Shown: one piece after another, positions 38,357 through 49,253 of the stretch
Layout: every line of letters begins with the position of its first letter
Position numbering within the stretch: the first letter of the stretch is position 1
Assembly (NCBI GenBank): GCA_964270895.1
Contig: OZ185441.1
Strand: one strand, 5' to 3'
Length of the DNA stretch: 64,000 bases
DNA from: Podarcis filfolensis
Lineage: Eukaryota
Program-made: the position numbers and the translations under genes
The notes under the pieces: generated by a model
What the model was told of the DNA's origin: nothing
What the model saw: only the letters and a program-made list of their open reading frames with translations
Databases searched by the model: none

Positions 38357-38750
38357 GTTACTGTCCCTTTCCTTTCCTGCTCTTAGAGACAATTTTGACC
38401 CAACCCCTTTCCTTCCTTCCTTCCTTTTCTTTTCTATTTTTCTTAAAAAAAAAAAAAAAAGCTTTACCTTGCCTTTTGAAATCCCTTTGGGGGATCAGAG
38501 AAGGTAAAGAAAAGTGAAGAAGATTCAGATAATAAATGGTGACTTAAAAAAAACAAAAAACCAACAACAACAACAGTGACTAAGTGCACCAGAGCTGATT
38601 GCTTCCTTAGCCGGAGTTGGAGCAATTTATTGCATAGTAGCTGGGATTTATCGTTTCCTCTCTGTTACACTTCAGCATGCAGCCTTTGAGTCAGCTGCCC
38701 AGGCATAGCCCCAGCCTCTTTCTCCTACCCTCGCTGCGGCTGAACTGCTA
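38357..38750 (-). other. ANGPT1: ANGPT1 5'UTR (approximate extent)
   Basis: Minus-strand block CAGCTGACTCA...CATGCTGAA...ACAGAGAGGAAAC.ATAAAT..CAGCTACTATGCAATAAAT (38697-38625) resembles the mammalian ANGPT1 5'UTR as I recall it. The 5' limit is inferred from the TATA/Inr-like spacing. Confidence 0.65.
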
Positions 38751-38845
38751 TTTTCTCGGAGACCTCGGCGTGTTTTATTAAGGTTGTACATTCAAGCCAA
38801 GTTGGAAGCCGGCAGCCTTTCACAAGATGACTTGAGTGGAATGTG
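38740..38845 (-). promoter_or_regulatory. Putative ANGPT1 core and proximal promoter
   Basis: TATA-like TAATAAAA on minus at 38780-38773, Inr-like GCAGTT with A at about 38746, NKX-type CACTCAA (38838-38832) next to TEAD-type GGAATGT (38838-38844). CpGs are modestly enriched locally. Confidence 0.4.
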
Positions 38846-40689
38846 TGTGAGTGAGTGTGTCCCTGTGCGAAGGGATGCCTGATGGGTTCGGCAAAGGAGG
38901 ATCATCTTACACTCTGGCTCAAAGCATGACCTCAAACATGCACGCCTGCTCAGCTCCCTCTGCACAGAAAACGGCTAAGAGCCTTTTGACAAAGTTTAAC
39001 GAGTCGAACAGTCCACCTTAATAGACTTCCCATGTTCAAACTGAACTATTTAAATGGACTTGCAGGGTCCAGGCTTGCTGTAATCCCCCCCCTCCAGTAA
39101 ACATTAACACACAGACCGCCGCACATGGAAAATATCTGCTCTCGTATAATGGGTATGTGACCGAGCGACTCTCTCAGGGAATGCTAAATCGGAGAGTGGG
39201 TTGCAATTCTTGTCAAACGATTGGGGTAGAAAGCAGGCATGATAACAGAACAGAGACCAATTTCATTTCTTTCATCAAAACACAGAATCATTTCTGCATC
39301 GGAGATATGATTAAAGCAAAAGCAAACAGTTTGGGAAATGTAACTCACCAGATTATTTCTTTGCATGTCGATACAAGATTGAAAAGCATGTTTGCATATA
39401 TAATGTGGAAGAGGGAAGCAATGATGCTGGTTTCTCTCCCCCGCACCCCACCCCGACTAAGATTTCAAACAACTTGGCACTGATCCATTGAGCCGCACTG
39501 CACATTTGCAACTAATACTGTGTACACATTAAACTTCTGCGATGGCAATTTTCCTCCTGCAGTCCCCTTTGCAGCTCAGCGCATGACTTTTAAAACTGGG
39601 GAAGCTGCTTGAGGACAAATGACTCAAGGAAAACCCTACTTGGAACCTGGATCTGTTGCGCTGCATTGAATTATGACCACAGATGCATTTTATAATAGTG
39701 TTTTATATCCTTAGGATATCCCACAGGTATTCACTTTGTATATAATTCCATGCCTATAATTCACTTGCATGGGGCTACTAGGTGGTCTCCCTTCAAGGTG
39801 CTGACCCACCACCAAAAGACCTCCTTAGCTTTAACAAATGAGGGCCAGTTGAGGAACAAGGTCCTGCAAAGAAGGCTTCATGGTCCTATACTTCACACTG
39901 AGCTTCCACATCACATCCAAGATTTTCACTTTCAGTGTCATTCTTAGTAAAATTCCAAGATTCTTGTGGCTTTATAACTGGAAGTGCATCATTATGTTCA
40001 ATGTTGCCGATGGCAATTTCAGATATTGTACAATATGTTCAGATTTCAGCCCAGTGCCTCTTTGTCAAGCAGAAAAAACCATCTCTGACATTGTCTTTTG
40101 GCCTTCTCCAGACCATCATCATCCTGGGGAAAAGCAACAAATGGGGTGTCAAAGGTTTTCGTCCTGGGCCCACTGTTGTTCATTGTCTACAAATCCACCT
40201 AACAGTTACTGTACCCCACTCAGCTCACATTTTACCAGCTTCCTTGCAAGAATATCATGGGGCAGTTTGTCAAATCTAATTGACCAACATAGCTGCAATT
40301 TATAATTAGAACCAATTAACTTCATAGAGATTTTTCTGATTGTTTTCACACCCCAATGTGTTTTGAAAACATCAGATCAGAATTACAGCTTTTCTTCATT
40401 GATAAAATCTTTTCTTCTTGTTGTTTTTGTTCATCTGCTACTTTAGTTAGCAGACTGTTTGAGCCAGACTGAAAAAAGTCCTCCTCTGTTTTGAAGGATT
40501 AATTGGTGTCTTTTAACCCCTTATCATTTGGTTTCTTCAACCTCCTTACATCCCTGGCTCCCTGATTTGTATTTATAGCCAGACATAACAGTATGGTATA
40601 TGTATGAGAGTGGGTGGGTGGGTGCGAACTAGACATTTGCTCAGATAGTAAAGGTTTTATGGAGCCCTAAACAACTCAGTGATCCAAGT

Positions 40690-40880
40690 ATCTGTAGGAG
40701 AAGCCCCTTCATTACCACCCAACTCAATCCTGACAAGGCACACTCTTCTCTTGATCAACACTGCTATTGGAGGATGAAGGAGGGAACACATAGAATGGCC
40801 TTCTCCGTAGTGGGACCTGAATTCTGGAATGATCTCCCACCGCCACCCAGAGGTTTTTGCGCCCAGGCCTTGGTAAATTG
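40690..40880 (+). mobile_element. Old L2-like fragment
   Basis: GAATGGCCTTCTCCGTAGTGGGACCTGAATTCTGGAATGATCTCCC resembles the L2 segment encoding RAFSVVAP.LWN.LP. Confidence 0.45.
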
Positions 40881-41082
40881 AACTCTTCCATCCTTGAAAT
40901 GAAATGTTCAAGTTCATTTTTGTCTCACTTTATCACTGTCTGGAGGGTCTGCAGTGCAACCAATTGTGGTAGCATTGCAGAAGAAATCAAAGCCGAACAG
41001 ATTCACTGCCAATGTCCAGTTACTGTGTCAAGGACATTGCAGAACTCACCCACAATAAAACTTGAGAAGCAATGGCCCCTAA

Positions 41083-41326
41083 AGCTGCGTACACAGCATA
41101 CAGTACATTTAAAACACATTTAAAGGACATGGCTTCCCTCAAAGAATTCTGGGAATTGTAGTTTGTTAAAGCTGCTGGGAATTGTAGATTAGATCTGTGG
41201 TAGGTAAAGTCCAGTTACAGAAACTGCAATTTACAGACCTACAATTCCCAGCAGCCTTAATAAACTACATTCCCAGAATTCTTTGAGGGAAGCCAAGTGC
41301 TTTAAATATATGGTACATCTGCAGCC
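41083..41326. mobile_element. Palindromic MITE (possibly PIF/Harbinger-like)
   Basis: Termini AGCTGCGTACAC...CATCTGCAGCC; internal inverted repeat of about 57 bp at 41131-41187 and 41239-41294. Confidence 0.7.
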
Positions 41327-42095
41327 CCAGCATTTAAGATGCTTTTATATCCACTTGTTTATCTCATAATCTATATCTTGTCTATCTGTGCACACCGGCA
41401 TCAGTACAAGTGTGCATGAATTGATATCTTTGGCATTGAAAAGGGTGACAAACAGTTTACAGAGTTTGTTTGTTTGGGATTGGCGTAGGTTTTTGTTTGT
41501 TTGCTTGCTTGTTTGCTTGCTTGCCTCCCTCCCTGCCTGCCTGCCTGCCTGCTTTTGAGGCTGCTAGATAAAGTTAAGTTACTTTCACATCACACAAAAT
41601 ACCTGAATCCCTTCCAACCCAATTTCCTGTTCATGGCAAAAATAGAAATCATAAACGCTTTTCTACCAGACGCATGATTTACAACCTAATGTGCTTCCGA
41701 CACAACCTTCACACAGTTCAATTAATAGCTGGCATTAACAACTGTCAGAGTGGGAAGTCCTTGACTAAAGAAGCACAGAATCGTGGTAATGGAAGGAACT
41801 GCATGGACATAAGAAGATGACCATAAAACTCAGATCAAAGGTCTTCTGAGTTCCTCAGTAAGTTTCAAACACAGTTATATGCCTTCAGAAAGTTCGAACA
41901 GGATATAAAGGTGACAGACATTCCCTGTTGTCTAGGCCTTAGCAGTGAAAATTCAGAAGGAAACCCCCCTTTTTCTAAACCCTTAGCCATCATGGCTACT
42001 GACAGGTAGAACCTGCAATAAAATGTTGCACCGTGAAGGACTGCTGTTCAGAATTCTAGCCCCTTCACTCAGTTTCTCCTCCAGCCACTCACACA

Positions 42096-42250
42096 GGCTG
42101 TGTACACGCAAGACTTCTCCAAGGAATCATGGAAACTCTAGTTTTCACCCCTCACAGAGCTACAACTCCCAGAGACCTTAGCTAACTGCAGTTCCTAGGG
42201 GTTTTGGAGGGGGACATCTTGTGCTTTCAATATATGGCATGTATGCAGCC
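42096..42250. mobile_element. Internally deleted MITE of the same family
   Basis: Termini GGCTGTGTACAC and ATGTATGCAGCC. Confidence 0.55.
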
Positions 42251-43428
42251 ACATTCGTCCACCATTCTACAGCGGAGACTGCTAAGTCTTCAGTGGTGAG
42301 ACTTTCCCATGGGCTTCTCCCCACCCCATAAAGTTTTTTGTACTTCTGCAAAGCCTACTAATATTTCCCTCTGGTGCATTAGTTGTGCAATTTGGGCTAC
42401 GAAACAAATGATACTCACAGCCTGACAATCAGAAATAGAGGGAAGAATCAACATATCCCCCTTGGATTTGTCTAATTTGTAGCCATCCATTTTAAAAAAA
42501 TATATATGTGAAAGAAGTACTTCCTTTGTCTCTCAAGACCCTAGCACGTATGTGATGAATTGCCTCATGATCTACTAAACCATCTTGGGTGGCGGGGGCC
42601 CTGAAATGTCGGTTGAACGCACAACACTTTCCTGGAAGGCACACCTACCCGCAACGGGAAAAGGAACTTCTAATCAGAGATTAAGAAAGGAGCAGCTTTG
42701 ACTTCCTTGCGCCAAGAGCTGCAGGAGATTTTGGGGCTAAACTGAGGTTACGGTGGGGCCTGTACTTGTCGTGCATTGCTGAAATACCTTCCCATCCGCT
42801 TCGTGAGTAAATAAATTATAAGGAAGACACTCAGATCCGTATGAAGCCTATATATACAGCAAACACTGTAGGTCTCAGGACAACTTGCCTCAGAGACCAT
42901 ATAAATCATAATTGCAGGAGCCCAAGCCAATGAAGAACAACTTGCAGCAAGGGAGACATTCAAGTATCTCCACCGCACACTAGGAACACTCTTAAAGGTG
43001 CAGGGACCAATCTATGTCACCCAAACTATTCCATTAAGGCCTGGGTGCTAATGTGATGCCCTCCCAATGTTGCAGGACAAAAACTTCCATCATCTCTAAC
43101 AGTTGGCCATGCTGACTGGGGCTGGTGAGAATTGAAGTCTATTATCAGCTAGAGGGCTTCGCCGGTTTGGCTGCCCCTACATTGCGGCAATGGTACGTGG
43201 CATGGCCAACTCTCAGGGTTGATGGAAGCTGTTGTCCTGCAACACCAGTCAATATCTGGGAATGGGTAGGTACAGATGCACATTCAAACAAAAAAGCGCA
43301 AGAGTAGCCAGGAGGTTGTCCAGGTATTAACTGTTGATGGGCAGCTTTCCCTTTTTTATTGTTTCCCATTATTATTGTTCTTGTTGTCTTTAAGCTGGTC
43401 TTGGGCTGACAGTCCTTCAAATGGAGGG

Positions 43429-43941
43429 TGTCAAGGACTGTGCTAAGGAGGGCTTCACAGATGAGGAATGGTGGGAGCCTCCCCCTCCCCCTACTCCAGA
43501 TCCAGTTCCTGAATCTTCCTAGGAGAAGGGAGACAGTATAGATTTGGAACAGTGGTTTGCAGAGAGACCTAGTTCAGAAGGCAGAAGCTGGGAAATACTG
43601 GGTGGGGAACAGCTAGGAGAGAAAACACTGGAAGAGAGAGGGTTAACAAATTCAGTCTCTGGACAGCATTCACACACACCCTTCTCCAAAGTCACAGAGA
43701 GCTCAGAAAACCGCAGAACAGAAAGCACAGAGGGTACAAACTCAGATTACAAGACGTAGTAGATTAATTGGGATGTAAGAGGGTGTGAACCTTATCTGGA
43801 AGCACCGCCATTTCTAGAAGATGTGTTCTTTGTTCTCTCACTGTGATTATTAAAGTTTCGAACTGCTAAGAAGACTCCTTTTCCTTTGCTCTGCTTACCT
43901 ACTGCCATGTGGGGAGGAAGTCAATTCCCTGAAGCCTGACA
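43429..43941 (+). mobile_element. Solo LTR (probably Gypsy-type), 513 bp
   Basis: Ends TGTCA...TGACA, perfect 5-bp TSD GAGGG (43424-43428 and 43942-43946), ATTAAA near 43849. Superfamily assignment is inferred. Confidence 0.85.
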
Positions 43942-45624
43942 GAGGGCATCTTCAAATAGAGAGCCCTGACCTCTGAGGGCCCTCCCATTAGAGGACTGTC
44001 CGCTGTAAAGTAGGTCATATAGACATATAGACTTGCATGCCAGGCACGCAACCTGCATACACACCATTTAAAACACACACACAGACGATTTTGGGGGCCA
44101 GGGGGTTAAATGTATGGTGTGTGCCAGATGCGCAATTGCGAGGGCAATTAGAGGGACTGACAGAATGTCGCAAGGCCTCACATGTGCTCAACATCCCAAT
44201 GTTGGGCGGAACTGCTGGTGGAGCCGAACACATTGGTAGCGTGGCTTCAATGGCAGATGGCCCCTTCTCCAGCCGCAGCCACCGGTGGGGGACTGCTTCG
44301 ACCCTCCTTCCCCCTGCAGCCAGGAACCAGCCACTTAAACCATGCCACATTCAGTTCTGCACTCGGCCTCCTCCGTCCCCTGATTTTTGGGACATGTGGG
44401 AGGGGCTGGTTCCCTTCCAAAAATACTGGGGTTGGGGAGAGAAAAGGGCTTGGCCCACATGAGCTGGCACAACCTGGTGTGTGACGATGCCTACTTTGGA
44501 GTAACGAAGGTGCTGATGTTGGAGGAGGGGCAGTTTCAAAATGTAGAGTCTCCCCTCTCAAAATCCCAGCCTTGTTTTGAGTAGGGATCAAGCCCCATCG
44601 AAAGCTGGGCCCACCATGTAATGGGGGCTGCACCCTGTCCCTGCAATCTCCAAGCCCTCCATGCCAGAATCCCACCCGTCAGACCTGCCTCAGAAGGGGT
44701 GGAATAAAACTTACTTTGAAGAAGGACACCACCAGAGCTGAAGCGACTACATTTCCCTCAGAAGAATCTTATCAGATGGCAGAAATTAATTTTCCCACTC
44801 AAGATGGGAAAGTTAGAGATATTTCCTCAAGGTAAGGTAGGGCTCTTTTTCGTGCTTGGGAAAGCAGGTGAAAGAAAGATGAAAGCTATTTTTCAGTCAA
44901 ATTGGGCTCATTGAACATTCCTATCACATGTGATTATATTGTGAGGAATATCAGTTGCATGTTATTTGGGCAGGTTCCCTAATTACACAACTGACTAAGG
45001 CAGCTGCTTTAATTCAGTTTCATTCCCCATCCTGTTTGTTAGTGGGGTTTTCACTATCGTTGTTAAAGTAATTTTCAGACAGGGAACAGAAGAGGCCTTG
45101 TCTATACTCCAGTAAAATTCTGTTGGGTGTCGGAGGAATTACCACATACAGGCTTAGAAAGAAACCAACACATACACACCTTGAGGTGGCCTGTGAGGGG
45201 CTTGGTATACCTCCATGTTTTGGCACCTGCCTGGGATTGAAAACAGATTGCAAAGCACCCAAGCAGACCACAATGCATAGCTCGGATGTTGCCAACATGG
45301 CCCTGGTGTGAGCAATGGTGCCCTTGAGGTCTTTCTGTGGCAGTTTACACAAGAACATAACAAGACGCACCAATCAAAATGTTACAAGCAAAACAGAATA
45401 GGCAACTATCTGTAGCTGTTTCTCCTCAGGGCAAGATGGGTTTTTCAGTAGCGGTTGCAGGACGGAGAGGACAATGGCTGATAGCTGAATGGCAAACACA
45501 CTGCATCAGGTCAATGGCTCATACAGTAGACTGTTCTCACAGCGGCCACCCAGATGTGTATGGGAAATTGGCAAGCAGGACTTGAGACCAAGAGCCCTCT
45601 GCCCTCCTGTGGTTTCTGAAAACT

Positions 45625-46220
45625 GGTATTCAGAACCATTATTGCCTCCAACTGTGTATGCAGGGCACAGCCGTCATGGCTAGCAGCCATCAATAGCCCC
45701 CTGTCCTCCCATCAATTTGTCCAATCCTCTTTTAAAGCCATGGAAGCTGCTGGCCATTGTTGCTTCCTGCAGCAGTGAGTTCCATAGTTTAATTATACAC
45801 TATGTGTAGAAGGGGACGCAGGTAGCGCTGTGGTCTAAACCACCGAGCCTAGGGCTTGCCGATCAGAAGGTCAGCGGTTCGAATCCCCGCGATGGGGTGA
45901 GCTCCCGTTGCTCAGTCCCAGCTCCTGCCTACCTAGCAGTTCGAAGGCACGTCAAAGTGCAAGTAGATAAATAGGTACCGCTCCGGCGGGAAGGTAAACG
46001 GTGTTCCCATGCGCTGCTCTGGTTCACCAGAAGCGGCTTAGTCATGCTGGCCACATGACACGGAAGCTGTCTGCGGACAAACGCCGGCTCCCTTGGCCTA
46101 TAGAGTGAGACGAGCGCGCAATCCCAGAGTCATCCGCAACTGGACCTAATGGTCAGGGGTATCTTTACCTTTAAATATGTGTAGAAGTACTTTCCTTTAT
46201 CAGTTCTTGAACCTTCCAAC
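45625..46220 (-). mobile_element. Old CR1 3' fragment interrupted by a Sauria SINE
   Basis: TCCAATCCTCTTTTAAAGCCAT...AGTGAGTTCCATAGTTTAATTA...TATGTG continues after the SINE as TAGAAGTACTTTCCTTTATC. Confidence 0.55.
45813..46175 (+). mobile_element. Sauria SINE, full length, distinct subfamily
   Basis: 12-bp TSD TATGTGTAGAAG (45801-45812 and 46176-46187); diagnostic differences TGGTCTAAACCACCGAG and an extra CTGCGGACAAA segment. Confidence 0.95.
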
Positions 46221-46780
46221 ATTCGGAATATACATGAATTCTGTGTTTGGAGGAGGGGTGAGGACTTTACTCTATCCACTTTCTCCACATGATGGCATCT
46301 CCCCAGGCTGTTTCTCTGGAACGCCTTGGTTCTTCAGAAGAGAAGGCGTCAAATCCTGCCATAGGGCACTGCCATGGCCCCCAAGCATACCTTTTTCTTC
46401 TATTCTTGGCTCAACACTAATTATTTTGGACCCTGAAGACAGCACCCATCAAAGCAGGAGACGTCTACGAAGGATTAGAAGGTAAGTAAACAAGCGTGCA
46501 GACACAGTGAGAAAGAGACAAAGAGGGAGACAAAGTTCAGATTCAAGAATTGCAGCTATTTCTTATTTAAGCAAGGCAGCTTAATAATGAAAGATCACTT
46601 ACATTTTTATACAGTGCTTGGCTTGCCAGAACTTTATATTTATTTTTATACCCAGCCTTCAGTTTCACGCTGTGATGCTCTGAGTATATGCATGGTTATA
46701 AACGAAGAAGCAGGACCCTGAACACCGTGCTCAGAAGGAGCCATTTATATATAGGAAGTAGAGTCATGCATATCTGTCTA

Positions 46781-47530
46781 TAATCCAGAATGTGGCAGCT
46801 AGACGGATGACTGGGAGTGGCTGCCAGGACCATATAACACCGGTCCTAAAGGATCTTCACTGGCTCCCAGTACGTTTCCAAGCACAGTTCAAAGTGTTGG
46901 TGCTGACCTTTAAATCCCTAAACAGCCTCGGCCCAGTATACCTGAAAGAGCGCCTCCACTCCCATTGTTCTGCCCGGACACTGAGGACCACCTCTGAGGG
47001 CCTTCTGGTGGTTCCCTCACTGCGAGAAGTGAGGTCACAGGGAACCAAGCAAAGGGCCTTCTCAGTAGTGGCACCTGCCCCGTAGAACGCCCTCCCATCA
47101 GATGTCAAGCAGATAAAGAACTACAGTGGTACCTCGGGTTACATACTCTTCAGGTTACATACGCTTCAGGTTACAGACTCTGCTAACCCAGAAATAGTAC
47201 CTCAGGTTAAGAACTTTGCTTCAGGATGAGAACAGAAATTGTGCTCCGGCGGCGCAGTGGCAGGGGGAGGCCCCATTAGCTAAAGTGGTGCTTGAGGTTA
47301 AGAACAGTTTCAGGTTAAGTACGGACCTCCGGAACGAATTAAGTACTTAACCTGAGGTACCACTGTATACAGTAGTTCATCTGAAGGCAGACCTCTAAAG
47401 GCAGCCCTGTATTAGGAAGTTTTTAATGCTTGATATTTTACTATGTTTTTATATGTGCTGTAAGCCACCCAGAGTGGCTGGGGAAAACCAGCCAGATGGG
47501 CAGGGTATAAATAATAAAAATATTATTATT
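46781..47530 (+). mobile_element. L2 LINE 3' fragment interrupted by a MITE
   Basis: Frame encodes DHITPVLKDLHWLPVRFQAQFKVLVLTFKSL; L2 3'UTR and ATT tail resume after 47367. Confidence 0.92.
47124..47365 (+). mobile_element. Tigger/pogo-like MITE, family A, nested in L2
   Basis: TIRs CAGTGGTACCTC and TA TSDs. Confidence 0.93.
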
Positions 47531-48687
47531 TGTTTGTTTGTTTCTCTACAGAAGGACTCTAGACTCTTACTTACTGGTGGGGTACGAGATTAGTTGATAG
47601 TTCCACATCAGATAAAGACCTGGAATCTAGTGTGCATGTGGTTCAAGACACCTACCACAAGAACAAACTGAAAATAGATTTGTTCATCCTTTGTTTGAAA
47701 GGGAAAATATGGTGTACTCACAAAGGACTGAGGTATTGCCAGACCAGAATAGGAAATTGGTGCACACTTGGGACTCAGCTATGCAGCTGAAAATATAAGT
47801 GCATTATACAAATGTGACACTAGATAACGCTGGTAAATTAATGGCAAATACCACATATATTTTAAAAAAAAATTAAAAAACCATTTTCGCAGTGTTTTTT
47901 TCACATATGTGTAGATTCAGCCTTATTCCAAGGGAACACTTTCCCTAGAGGTCTTTTGGGAGAGGAACTTCCTTTAACTTTGAACGAGAGACATGAAATC
48001 ATTAACGTATTTCATCAACAAACTGACCACATGCATAATCCAAGATTACTTGAGTAGCGATATTTTGTTGGTAGGCATATAGATAGAACTCACTAGCATC
48101 CCTGCATCACACAGCTCATTCCCACTCTTCTCTTTTTACCTGCAAAATATGTAAAAAGGATCTCCTACATCTATTTAAAATGTTATAACAGCTGTGGGAA
48201 GCCTATTTGATTCCAAACTGTGGTTTTGCAGGAAAGAGTTAATTCTTTCCCTTTTGCATTCCAGTTTTGCCCAATAGGGCAAAACATGCAAATACCTGTA
48301 CCTACATGGTGCTGTATGTTTCTCTCCATGGAACAAACGGCAACTAGAAAGGAAAGCTAATTTTAATTGAGAAAATGTATGGGGAGGAGGAGGGAGGATA
48401 GCTATCCACATGCTTGCAATCAGAAGGGAAAATATGAACAGAGATTATCACTTATTTGCTATACTAAAAATAAGGTGCTGCTAATAGGAATGGATAGTGG
48501 AACAAAGTAACACTGCTGCACTTAAATAAATTCATCATGGGGCTTTTGGCCACAAATTAGATTTGCCACAAACGAGACAGAGATTTTGCCTGTATGTCAA
48601 AAACATTTTGGAAGAAATTGAATTTAAATATTATTATTTTTTTAAAAAAGGGGGGAAATGCAATTCTATACCTGTATACTTCTATAC

Positions 48688-48740
<53 letters not shown>
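48688..48740. repeat. (TG)n(GA)n microsatellite
   Basis: Seen directly. Confidence 0.95.
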
Positions 48741-48743
<3 letters not shown>

Positions 48744-48754
48744 AGATACTTTAT

Positions 48755-49253
48755 TTGTTGTTGTTTAGTCGTTTAGTCGTGTCCGACTCTTCGTGACCCC
48801 ATGGACCAGAGCACGCCAGGCACTCCTGTCTTCCACTGCCTCCCGCAGTTTGGTCAGGCTCATGTTTGTAGCTTCAAGAACACTATCCAACCATCTCGTC
48901 CTCCGTTGTCCCCTTCTCCTTGTGCCCTCCATCTTTCCCAACATCAGGGTCTTTTCCAGGAAGTCTTCTCTTCTCCTGAGGTGGCCAAAGTATTGGAGCC
49001 TCAGCTTCACGATCTGTCCTTCCAGGGAGCACTCAGGGCTGATTTCCTTAAGAATGGATAGGTTTGATCTTCTTGCAGTCCATGAGACTCTCAAGAGTCT
49101 CTTCCAGCACCATAATTCAAAAGCATCAATTCTTTGGCGATCAGCCTTCTTTATGGTCCAGCTCTCACTTCCATACATCACTACTGGGAAAACCTATGGT
49201 TTTCCCAGTAGTGATGTATGGAAGTGAGAGCTGGACCATAAAGAAGGCTGATC
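48755..49253 (-). mobile_element. Bov-B 3' fragment with a fold-back inverted duplication at its 5' end
   Basis: Minus frame matches the RT C-terminus (MYGSESWTIKKADRQRIDAFELWCW...). 49139-49194 is the exact reverse complement of 49198-49253. Confidence 0.93.

Noticed and set aside
38357-38392. 12-aa N-terminal extension of ANGPT1 in the ORF track
   Set aside because: The track starts at a TTG (bacterial-style alternative start). The ATG at 38356 matches the orthologous start and has a good Kozak context.
38440-38470. U16 tract followed by AAG in the 5'UTR as a splice acceptor, with a nearby AAG|GTAAAG donor
   Set aside because: The implied intron would be about 25 nt, too short. AAG acceptors are weak and no upstream exon is evident.
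39880-40305. 141-aa and 114-aa ORFs upstream of ANGPT1
   Set aside because: No homology recognised; this length is expected by chance in 64 kb.
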